Origin: a virus
IMG/VR virus record: IMGVR_UViG_3300045135_001049
Span: 6,348 to 70,347 of that record
Direction: 5' to 3' (one strand)
DNA length: 64,000 bases
The notes under the pieces are model-generated. The model did no database searches. It was not told the origin of the DNA and saw only the letters and a program-made list of their open reading frames with translations. Numbering within the stretch: position 1 is the first letter of the stretch; the number at the start of each line of letters is the position of its first letter. The position numbers and the translations under genes are program-made. This document shows, one piece after another, positions 48,301 through 56,279 of the stretch.

Positions 48301-50845
48301 CACTAGCTATGTAGATAAACGTGTAATTGATGCACCTATTATACGTGAATTAACTATTTACAGTAATGCTACTAGCGGTACTGCTACTGTCCCTACAGGT
48401 AGTACTTATAATTTTAGTACTGATAGTCTTAGTATTGGCACAAATCCTACAAATTTTACTTGGAGTAGAAGTTTACCAGGTCTTAATAATACAGGCGAAA
48501 AAATATATGTTTCGACTGGCTTAGTAACCGGTAACGCAACTCAAACTAGCGTTAGTATTTCTTGGTCTGACCCAGTTGTTTATACCCAAAAAACTAATGG
48601 TGATATTTACCGTGAGGTAGTGCTTTACGCCAATGCTTCTAGCAGTCCTACTAAACCAGGAGCAACTGCAGGTTGGAATACTTCAGGTAGCTCTGTTGAT
48701 ATTGGAGCAACGGACACTACTCCTGCTTGGACTGTTAACCCAGCTACTCCTTCTGTAGGAGAGCTTACGTGGCGTACACAAATTACTTTAAGGCAACCTC
48801 AAGGTTCAGGAAATTGGGAGACTGTTGATAGTGAATGGGGTACTCCTGTACAACTTACAGGTTTATCTGGTGAAGCCACTGATACTATCTATACAGTATC
48901 AACTACAGCTCCAGCTACTCCAGCAGCTAGTTCTACTACCCCTTCTGGGTGGTCAGCTACATTACCTACTAAAGTAGATAATATCTGGGTATCTATCGGT
49001 ACTAAAGGGCAAGGCGGCACTACATATACTTGGGGTGCCCCTGTTATGCTTTCTGAGCATACCCCTAATATGTTGCTTGCACAAAAAACACTACCCTGGC
49101 CTATAGGTACTGGTAGTGCTGATACTGAAGGAGGTACTTGGACCTATTCTGGTCTTACTACTGAGAATAGTAGGGCGCTAGGAACAGACCCTTTTGGGGG
49201 CACTTCTGTTATATGGACTGCTACAAATAATGATACTAGTACTGGTCATGATGGTGGATTTAAAGGGTCTCCTAAAGTAGAAATAGACTCGTCAAAAACA
49301 TATCGCTTCACTCTATTTATGAAGCAAGAGTCTACTGGGGCTGTCAGGTATTTTGGCTGTCATGCTTATACTGACGGAAGTAATACTGCAGTTACTACTA
49401 ATACCGGTAGTAATACTACAAATCCTTATTTTAGATCTAGCTTTGATTTACCTTCAAATGACGAATGGTACCTATTAGTAGGGTTTTTAAAACCTTATGG
49501 CAGTACTGAAACTACAAATAGAGCTGAAACTGGTATTTGGCGGGTATCTGATGGGGTGCAAGTTAGTACCTCCAGCTTTAATGATTTTCGTATGTCTTCC
49601 GAGGCCATTAATAGTGCTCATATAAGAGCATTTTACTATAATGATTCTAGCACAAGTGCGAGATCAACATATTTTTGGGGCCCTCGCATCGATGTAATGG
49701 ACGATCGTGCTCCTACAATTACTGATTTATTGCGTAAAACACTACAAGGACAAACGTATAAAGAAATATTTTTATATGCTAATGCAGCTGAAGCTCCGAC
49801 CTTACCTCCAGTGGCTGATTATTTTGATGCTACGACAGGTAGCTCTGCAGTAGTTGCTGATGCAACATGGACGCCTTCTGTAGGAAGTCCTGACACGGGT
49901 GAGTCTACTTGGCGTACGTCTTTGACCCTAGTTAAAGTAAGTGACCAAACTCCGTGGACTAATCATGATGGTAGTTGGAATACTGCTATTAAAGTATCAG
50001 GGCATGATGGTGTAAGTTATACAGGTACGACAGAATATTATAAACTAACAAACTCAGATACTGCCCCCGATAGGTACTCAAGCGATACTACTATTGATAC
50101 TGGCTGGAGTACTAGTCCTTCTAGTCCTACATCTAGTAATAGGTACTTATGGAACTTTAACCGTAACTCTAGGTCCGATGGTAGCTTTGACGATAGTTCA
50201 GTATCCTTAATTACTAGTATGGTTAAAAGTATTAGTAGTATTACTGAGTATTATCAATTAGGTACTAGTGCTACTACGGCGCCTACAGATACTTGGCAAA
50301 CTTCTATAGCTAACGCAGGAGCTATTTCTGATAGTAAACCGTACCTATGGAATAAGACTGTTATTGCCTATACTGATGGAAGCACAAGTACTACCACGTA
50401 TACCTTGATAGCTGCTAAAGGTGCTGAAGGATATACTCCTGTAAAAGGTACAGACTATTTTGATGGGGCTCCTGGTAGCCCAGGTGCAGGTTTTTACCAT
50501 ACCGCTGCTTACACTTCCACTAGCAGTACTAACTCTACTATTACGTCCAGGTTTACTACTGTAGTAGGTAGAGCTCCTGTAGCAGGTGACGTATTTACAC
50601 AGGAAGCTAGTGATGGTAGCACGTTAACTAAACGTTATGATGGTAGTGAATGGGAAGCTCCTGCCCTTATTATAGATGGTAGTATGATTGTTGATGGTAG
50701 TGTTACAGCAGATCATTTAGCTGTTAACTCATTATCAGCGGTCAATGCTGATATGGGTACAATTACTGCAGGTACACTACAAAATAGTACAGGCACCTTT
50801 ATTTTAGACCTGACTGCTGGTACTATTACCATTAAAACATCATGA
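45350..50845 (+). CDS. large multidomain tail-tip / host-specificity protein (gpJ C-terminal-like)
   Basis: AGFGL...SEFWVAADRFKI (DUF1983-like), RGAYNSSTSYVRGDVV (CBM5/12-like), C-terminal IIDGSMIVDGSVTADHL...ADMGTITAG; start reassigned to ATG 45350. Confidence 0.75.
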   Translation: MSTNVTPTIDVELDTTEVTNLDSTGQITAPATTEINLSETTSNVEGYKKEYSVIGDGLYASLSVDEAPLWLTSLVDAVVNASIANGMTNYDLLVQDVRNAIDSIDVAKNTYVEQIDVTTLIDGIVTSKLETLNATYEGAFATKAELSTAVATATQSLAQDITDLSVGFGEDLTSRITAVQLAYADEDSALADDITALESAFEDQESNVEAVSTATSGLQTYVGLTEDGVPNGTGILSSVALLQKQADGLIETFVGTHELVNNDMDGNIDTNELRTNQWPYALWLPMEGTVDPTFTTRTAYKDNVAASYPVPEHTVYKNTANNTFWEYHPVTYGGWEQILETEYLLRKTTVRDSHLGDSYIRYEIVNGATSYEESYKFVKIDVDTSSPFNTDSEGYSWAVVSDTPADAAYIEALNAYALADGKVSQFYAWGGPYAPADYTVTNPDDTTETINGDDFSYWFKANGELQYKVNNAWVAVPIGYGDGPHIAEGDVLTVFDPDTRDYTNYRRKGTSWAQVGPTGIIAKSKFFVDLDADVNGADGIAAAQANLEITVETYAKSSNSEKLSGLSALDVGWTTDASVTYAESDANPIGACQTFTYAEAVAFAESKGLRLPTLLEVKGGLGQGTGCSYDSAQIWTSTPGVTPGTHYSCRGNYSDPDTDIIEEDDTAVRACRFVADSHDKLTAATLHAQTKFEYNAPVTINGITQNAGFGLVNELSSVENGPATGSSEFWVAADRFKIMNPDNTANYAAFSINDDGGLTLSTSYTEATRNEPRGAYNSSTSYVRGDVVTFNNSSYTALKSLTNVTPSNDGVNWQLLASQGMTALLYEWEGSDAWPASTTEASADTHSFDSNFAGNVIIRVLANDAEGGVRIKFNDSVEVPFSRTLGNATDEWYQFNFTNLVAGTNTIKFWASTGDGGSVKRIEVAFVGAEGVDGAYTDFLFTRKSSTPSDPDGADTWYTNVVDVPSGAGDLWSIKKVVSAGGISTSYVDKRVIDAPIIRELTIYSNATSGTATVPTGSTYNFSTDSLSIGTNPTNFTWSRSLPGLNNTGEKIYVSTGLVTGNATQTSVSISWSDPVVYTQKTNGDIYREVVLYANASSSPTKPGATAGWNTSGSSVDIGATDTTPAWTVNPATPSVGELTWRTQITLRQPQGSGNWETVDSEWGTPVQLTGLSGEATDTIYTVSTTAPATPAASSTTPSGWSATLPTKVDNIWVSIGTKGQGGTTYTWGAPVMLSEHTPNMLLAQKTLPWPIGTGSADTEGGTWTYSGLTTENSRALGTDPFGGTSVIWTATNNDTSTGHDGGFKGSPKVEIDSSKTYRFTLFMKQESTGAVRYFGCHAYTDGSNTAVTTNTGSNTTNPYFRSSFDLPSNDEWYLLVGFLKPYGSTETTNRAETGIWRVSDGVQVSTSSFNDFRMSSEAINSAHIRAFYYNDSSTSARSTYFWGPRIDVMDDRAPTITDLLRKTLQGQTYKEIFLYANAAEAPTLPPVADYFDATTGSSAVVADATWTPSVGSPDTGESTWRTSLTLVKVSDQTPWTNHDGSWNTAIKVSGHDGVSYTGTTEYYKLTNSDTAPDRYSSDTTIDTGWSTSPSSPTSSNRYLWNFNRNSRSDGSFDDSSVSLITSMVKSISSITEYYQLGTSATTAPTDTWQTSIANAGAISDSKPYLWNKTVIAYTDGSTSTTTYTLIAAKGAEGYTPVKGTDYFDGAPGSPGAGFYHTAAYTSTSSTNSTITSRFTTVVGRAPVAGDVFTQEASDGSTLTKRYDGSEWEAPALIIDGSMIVDGSVTADHLAVNSLSAVNADMGTITAGTLQNSTGTFILDLTAGTITIKTS

Positions 50846-50853
50846 GGTAATTT

Positions 50854-51567
50854 ATGTACACTGATATTCCATGGGATAGTGCAACAGCTCTTACACAAGA
50901 AGAGATTGACGCCCTAGGTATTACCCAAGAACAAATTGATGCAGCAGTAGCCGCTTTTGAACAACAAGAGCAAGTAAATATTACGGAAGAAGATACAGAG
51001 TTTGCCCCTGTAGACGCAGCAAAACAGTACCAAGAGTTCTTAAATAACATAGGAGCTAGGTACAATATTACTGGCGGTAAGTTTATAAAAGCTGATGATG
51101 GTGAGTTTTTAGCTACTGATAAACTTTTAGGTAAGGGTACAATTTTTATTGATAAGCGGAATAACGCATACTCAGTACTTAGCGATAATCCTTTCATAGG
51201 ACTACCTTACAGACTAAAAGACCAGAACTGCGCTATTATGACAGCTAAGTATTTAGACTATGCTACTAATGATGGTGTAGGGTACGAAAAACTAATGAAA
51301 GCAATACCAATGCGTAGGCTTATATATTATTTTCGGAATGCTGTTAATCCTTTACTAGAAGATATTGGGTTTGTTAGAGTACCTGTAGAAGAGATTGAAA
51401 TTAACGATATTATTGTATGGCAATTTAATAAAACAGCTACATCCCATATGGGGGTGTACTTAGGTAATAACAAAATGATACATCATATTCCTTCAATGAT
51501 TTCTTGTATTGATGATGTAGACCTCTCTAGTTCTAAAGTTTTAGGGGTTTATCGCTATGGCAGCTAG
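50854..51567 (+). CDS. NlpC/P60 domain tail protein (lambda gpK-like C-terminus)
   Basis: IGLPY...QNC...NDIIVW...SHMGVYLGNNKMIHH (Cys/His/His triad pattern). Confidence 0.75.
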   Translation: MYTDIPWDSATALTQEEIDALGITQEQIDAAVAAFEQQEQVNITEEDTEFAPVDAAKQYQEFLNNIGARYNITGGKFIKADDGEFLATDKLLGKGTIFIDKRNNAYSVLSDNPFIGLPYRLKDQNCAIMTAKYLDYATNDGVGYEKLMKAIPMRRLIYYFRNAVNPLLEDIGFVRVPVEEIEINDIIVWQFNKTATSHMGVYLGNNKMIHHIPSMISCIDDVDLSSSKVLGVYRYGS

Positions 51568-52255
51568 GACTTTCTATATTGATGAAGACAGCGGTAACAT
51601 ATTAATTGCGGATAATAATAATTACACTGCTGCTGAACTAGCTGATATGGCTGCTGACGTAACAGGTAACCTAGATAGCCTAGTATTTCATACTGATTTT
51701 AATTTTGTGACTATTCAAGGAGTTGTATCTATAAGTACCGTATCTGTTACCTCCTTGCCTAGGCATACGGAGACTTGGTCTGATGGAGGAGGTGGTTGTA
51801 AAATCATATGTTCAAAGTTGTTTGAATATGGATTACTACCTTCACATATTTATGCAGCGGATCAAGAATTTGGGTTTAAATTAAAAAATGAAAACCCAGA
51901 AGCTTATGCTGGTTATATTAAATGGGCCCAGTCAGTAGTTGATTGGATGGAAACTTCAGGCCCTAATATAATGTTTTGGATTAGAGATAAAGAACTAAGG
52001 GAAGAAAAACAAAGGAATTGTTTTATTAACCTAACTAAAACTATAGCTACACCTTGGGCACACCATATGGCTTATCTTATGGGATATGAACAAAAAGATA
52101 ATAAAACAGGTAAACGGCTAATGAGCCAAGGCCTAGCTATATGCAAATTGTTTGGCAAATACACTAATACAGAAAAAGAACAATCTATATTAGGTAAATA
52201 TTTAACACTATTTACTATAGGGCCTTATTTTTATTTATTATCGAGAATTAACTAA
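51557..52255 (+). CDS. tail-tip protein with GGGGC-KIICS domain
   Basis: Beta-rich N-terminal ~75 aa followed by a Gly linker and CKIICSKL...D..FG...GYIKWA helical domain. Confidence 0.6.
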   Translation: MAARTFYIDEDSGNILIADNNNYTAAELADMAADVTGNLDSLVFHTDFNFVTIQGVVSISTVSVTSLPRHTETWSDGGGGCKIICSKLFEYGLLPSHIYAADQEFGFKLKNENPEAYAGYIKWAQSVVDWMETSGPNIMFWIRDKELREEKQRNCFINLTKTIATPWAHHMAYLMGYEQKDNKTGKRLMSQGLAICKLFGKYTNTEKEQSILGKYLTLFTIGPYFYLLSRIN

Positions 52256-52524
52256 TGGGTAGTTTAGCAGTTCCTACCGTAAGAATAGATACAATAAACG
52301 CAGGAGTAAGCCCTGTTACTAACCCATCTAATTTATTACTAGAACTAGGGGGAGTATTGTATAACGAAGGTTACTTTTACAATAACGATATTTATCAAAG
52401 ACAAATATTTCCTACATATGATGCAAGTAATAATAATATTTATTTAAAAGTAATAACAGTAGCTTTTACAGGCAATGTTGAAGCTACTTCTTTTACTAAC
52501 GTAAAGGTACATGTAATTGGTTAA
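52255..52524 (+). CDS. small beta-rich tail protein
   Basis: TAATG-coupled to 51557-52255. Confidence 0.55.
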   Translation: MGSLAVPTVRIDTINAGVSPVTNPSNLLLELGGVLYNEGYFYNNDIYQRQIFPTYDASNNNIYLKVITVAFTGNVEATSFTNVKVHVIG

Positions 52525-53347
52525 TAAAGTAGAAATTACTCCAAGTAGAATTATTACAAGGGATAGCAGTGGTAACTCCACATTTGATACTAATAACTTG
52601 TATTTAAAAACAGATCCTACTGGTAGTATGCAAATTGGTGGTTATACCCAAGTACCTGGTTATAGAGCTTATTTCTTGTATACCCAAGAGGGTATTATAT
52701 ACTACCCTGAGAATACTGGATACGCTATGACCTTAGGTGATTGTCACAACTATAATGGTACCGTACCTGCTACTAACGCAGCGAGTGGGTATTATTCTTT
52801 TTATGCGCCAGCAGGTATAACAGAATGGATTTCTTCTTGCGGAATTACGATGCCGCAAGGTGCACCTTTATTTATGCTTATAGAAGGAACAACACCTATG
52901 GGGGCTATAAAGTATAAGAACAACTACGGGGATACTTATGCTGATGTTGGTACCGTTTACTTAAAGCTTGTTCAAATGGTTTTTAGGGTACCTAACCAGC
53001 AAGGTCAATTTTTTATGCTTCCTTTTATCGAAATTATGCATGATGAAATAGTTGACGCTTATAATACTTACGGCGAAGGTTACTATCAAGTTTATTTTTT
53101 ATCAGGTACTAATTGGTTTACGGCTAATCGTACTTGGGATCAAAAAGGGTGGAATGCTAATAATATCCCAGACCGTAGTAGTTTTACAGTAAATTCCTAC
53201 AATACTGGTACAAAAACCTTTTCTTTGTCTAGTATATTTGATACTAACAGTAGCAGTAGTAGATACTGGGGTAAGGTACTTAGTCCTTTTGTTTTACCAA
53301 AAATTGAAGTACCTCCTACCAATATAGGAATTGCGGTAACTCCATGA
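52517..53347 (+). CDS. tail-tip/receptor-binding protein
   Basis: N-terminal VEITPSRIITRDSSGNSTFDT motif paralogous to the next gene; TTG start. Confidence 0.6.
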   Translation: MVNKVEITPSRIITRDSSGNSTFDTNNLYLKTDPTGSMQIGGYTQVPGYRAYFLYTQEGIIYYPENTGYAMTLGDCHNYNGTVPATNAASGYYSFYAPAGITEWISSCGITMPQGAPLFMLIEGTTPMGAIKYKNNYGDTYADVGTVYLKLVQMVFRVPNQQGQFFMLPFIEIMHDEIVDAYNTYGEGYYQVYFLSGTNWFTANRTWDQKGWNANNIPDRSSFTVNSYNTGTKTFSLSSIFDTNSSSSRYWGKVLSPFVLPKIEVPPTNIGIAVTP

Positions 53348-53853
53348 GTTTAAAAATAACTAGTGATAAGATCATTATCCAAAACAGTAATAATGTTGAA
53401 AAATTTAATAGTTCTCAACGTTTGCTTTATCAAGTTGGTTACGCAACCGGTAATAGTACTTTAACATCTTCTAATTCTTGGAGATACATACCGCACAATC
53501 TTAACATTGACACAGATAATGATATTGTTACAATGTACATAACGTTGACAAGTGGTACTGGTTCTGTTGCTAGTAACTTTATTAACTTAAGGGTACCCGC
53601 TCAAAGCCCTATACCTATTGATGTAAACGCTCGTGCTGTTAATACCCGTTATGGCGCTGTAGACAGTACATGGATGACGGCGTATGCTAGTAGAGAAATA
53701 GCACATTTTTATGCAGGGTGGTTATCGTATGTTACTGTTCTTGATATGGGTTGGGATTCAGAACCAGGTATTAGTAAAGGAAGTACGCCAGCAGGGACTA
53801 ACCATTCATTAGGGTTTAAATGGGAAATATACGTATATAAATATACTACATAG
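53344..53853 (+). CDS. tail-tip protein
   Basis: N-terminal LKITSDKIIIQNSNNVEKFNS motif. Confidence 0.6.
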   Translation: MSLKITSDKIIIQNSNNVEKFNSSQRLLYQVGYATGNSTLTSSNSWRYIPHNLNIDTDNDIVTMYITLTSGTGSVASNFINLRVPAQSPIPIDVNARAVNTRYGAVDSTWMTAYASREIAHFYAGWLSYVTVLDMGWDSEPGISKGSTPAGTNHSLGFKWEIYVYKYTT

Positions 53854-53855
53854 GT

Positions 53856-54089
53856 GTGATAATGAACTTAGAAAATAAAGAAATTGACATAGAGTTTATG
53901 TCATCAAATATGGTAACAGGGGAATCAGTAGTAACTGTTTCTATTTCTAAAGAAGTAGCTCCGGAAATACTACAAAAAATAGGTACTTACAAGTTATCTT
54001 TTGCGGCTAGTACTTTTACTTCTATGGACGACCCTCAGCTGCTTATTGCTTTGCAAGAAAGATTATCAGTAATACCTGAACCAGTTTAG
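53856..54089 (+). CDS. hypothetical protein
   Basis: 77-aa ORF closing the tail-tip module. Confidence 0.6.
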   Translation: MIMNLENKEIDIEFMSSNMVTGESVVTVSISKEVAPEILQKIGTYKLSFAASTFTSMDDPQLLIALQERLSVIPEPV

Positions 54090-54091
54090 TA

Positions 54092-54120
54092 AAGACATAT
54101 TACAGTAAAGCTGGTATAAT
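54092..54120 (+). promoter_or_regulatory. sigma70-like promoter with extended -10
   Basis: AAGACA-17 nt-TATAAT with TGg immediately upstream of -10. Confidence 0.65.
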
Positions 54121-54150
54121 AGAGCAAACGTTTAACCCTAGGATTAAGAC

Positions 54151-55395
54151 ATGGCAGATATACAATTAGACAGTATCACTAATGATGCTGATACTGGAGT
54201 CTTTGACAAGCTCATGGCAGCTGTTAATGCCCAGATAGAAAGTCAGTACCTTAACAACAGAATCACCGGTAGTGACTACGCTAATGTCTACCTAGGTGGT
54301 ATGCAAGCTGTACTTCAGCAAAGTATGCAGTTTGCTCTTCAAGAACAACTTACTGAAGCTCAGATTGAAGATGTTGTAGCTGGTACTGCTCTTAAAACTA
54401 AGCAGTTAGAAATTGCTGGGCAGGAATTAGCAGCGAAAACTTATGAAGTAGAAACTTTACTACCAGATCAACATAACACTAATGTTGCTCAACAGACTAT
54501 TCTTGCAACTCAAGAAGAAGCTGAGCAATATAAAGTGGATAGTTTGATGCCTGCAGAGCTTGCTCAAATTCAGAAACAAACAGATGTTGCTGAACGTACT
54601 ATTACGGAACAGGAACTTACTGGTGCTAAGCAGCGTACTATTCTAGATACTGAAGAACAGGCTAAGCAATACGAAGTAGATAATATATTGCCTGCTAATT
54701 TAGCCCAAGTACAAAAACAAACTGACGTTGCTGAACGCGGAATGGTTGAGCAAGAAAGCACTGGCTCTAAACAGCGTCTAGTGTTAGATAAAGATATTGC
54801 TTTAAAGACTTACGAAAATACTGTTTTACAGTCTGATCAACATAATACTAATATAGCACAACAAACTTTATTAGCCACTGAAGAACAAGCTAAGCAGTAT
54901 GAAGTGGATAACATATTACCCGCTAATCTGGCGCAAATTCAAAAGCAAACTGATGTTGCAGAACGTGACATGGCAGAACAAGAAGCTACTGGAAGCAAAC
55001 AACGTCTAGTCTTGGATCAAGATATTGCTATCAAAGAATATGAAAATACAACTTTACAAGTTGATCAACATAACAAACTTGTAAAAGATGTAGATGTTGC
55101 TGAACGTGGTATGGTGGAACAAGAACTTACTGGCATTAAACAGCGTATTATTTTAGATACCGAAGAAGAAGCTAAACAGTACGAAGTAGATCACCTTTTA
55201 CCTGAACAGCTTACTAAGCTGCAGGAAGAAATTGATTTGCTACAGTCGCAAGATCAAGCGGTATACACTGATCGTGTTCTTAAGGACAAACAAGCTGCTA
55301 AGCTTGGTTTAGACAATGTTATGAAACAAGCTGAAGCTGCTCGACAGAGTGACCCTAGTTTTGTTTACACGCCTAACTATGAGGAGACTTTATAA
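54151..55395 (+). CDS. N4 gp54-like structural protein with internal repeats
   Basis: TGVFDKLM.A...QY.NNRITGSDYANVY signature; repeated EVDNILPANLAQIQKQTDVAER modules. Confidence 0.8.
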   Translation: MADIQLDSITNDADTGVFDKLMAAVNAQIESQYLNNRITGSDYANVYLGGMQAVLQQSMQFALQEQLTEAQIEDVVAGTALKTKQLEIAGQELAAKTYEVETLLPDQHNTNVAQQTILATQEEAEQYKVDSLMPAELAQIQKQTDVAERTITEQELTGAKQRTILDTEEQAKQYEVDNILPANLAQVQKQTDVAERGMVEQESTGSKQRLVLDKDIALKTYENTVLQSDQHNTNIAQQTLLATEEQAKQYEVDNILPANLAQIQKQTDVAERDMAEQEATGSKQRLVLDQDIAIKEYENTTLQVDQHNKLVKDVDVAERGMVEQELTGIKQRIILDTEEEAKQYEVDHLLPEQLTKLQEEIDLLQSQDQAVYTDRVLKDKQAAKLGLDNVMKQAEAARQSDPSFVYTPNYEETL

Positions 55396-55398
55396 GCC

Positions 55399-56277
55399 AT
55401 GGCTACTATTTCACTTACTAACACGCTAGACGTAGCTGATAAGTACGAAACGCTTGTACGACAATCGCTGTCTGGCACATCTGCATATATTCGTGCTAAA
55501 GAGACGATCCAGGATCTGGTAGACTCTGGTGCAATCGATGAAGCGCAGAAAGCTGAGATTATCAGCAATATTGTTGGCGGTATCATCAATAACATCACTA
55601 GCTCTAGTATGTCTACTGCAATGGCTTGGGCAAATGCGGAAAAAGAAATTGCGCTTAAGAAGCTAGAACTTGCTAAACAGTTGGATATTTTAGATCAAGA
55701 GAACTATGTAAAACAAGCACAAGTAAAACAAATTGAGAATACTATCCGACTAGCTAAAGTAGAGTCTAAACGTATGTTTGGTACTGCTACATTTGATAGT
55801 GAAGGTAACGTAACTTCTTTGGCTTCTGACGGTAAAGTCTACAAAGACATGGAGCTAGTTGATAGCAACATCAATAAGACTGCAGAAGAGATTGCCCTAG
55901 TTCAACAGAAAGTTACAGAGTCTCATGCAGCAGTACATAAGATTGTTGCTGATACTTACGTTAACTATGGTAACTACACTTATTCAGGTCTTGGTAGTAC
56001 TGGTATTACCGGTGTTGCAGCTAGCCACGGTGATTACAAAACTCTTAGTAAAACTCAGCAAGAGATTGCTATTGAACAAGCTAAAGGGTATGTATACAAC
56101 GCTTGGGCTAACGCTCTGACAGGTTCTGCTTCTATGTTGGGTACAGCTATTGCAGCTGAATACGCTGAGTTTGGTGCTAATCAGCCAGGCGGTATCTTGT
56201 TGGATACAATCCTTGATGCTGCTCGTAACTTGAAAGCAGCTACTACTACAACTGATGAAGCTACTCCTACGTACTAA
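55399..56277 (+). CDS. structural protein (gp54-related helical)
   Basis: 292-aa helical ORF between gp54-like and gp53-like genes. Confidence 0.6.
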   Translation: MATISLTNTLDVADKYETLVRQSLSGTSAYIRAKETIQDLVDSGAIDEAQKAEIISNIVGGIINNITSSSMSTAMAWANAEKEIALKKLELAKQLDILDQENYVKQAQVKQIENTIRLAKVESKRMFGTATFDSEGNVTSLASDGKVYKDMELVDSNINKTAEEIALVQQKVTESHAAVHKIVADTYVNYGNYTYSGLGSTGITGVAASHGDYKTLSKTQQEIAIEQAKGYVYNAWANALTGSASMLGTAIAAEYAEFGANQPGGILLDTILDAARNLKAATTTTDEATPTY

Positions 56278-56279
56278 TC

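Noticed and set aside
45350-50845. Diversity-generating retroelement suggested by the CLec-like domain
   Set aside because: No reverse transcriptase and no template/variable repeat pair differing at adenines seen in the window; the domain is internal rather than C-terminal
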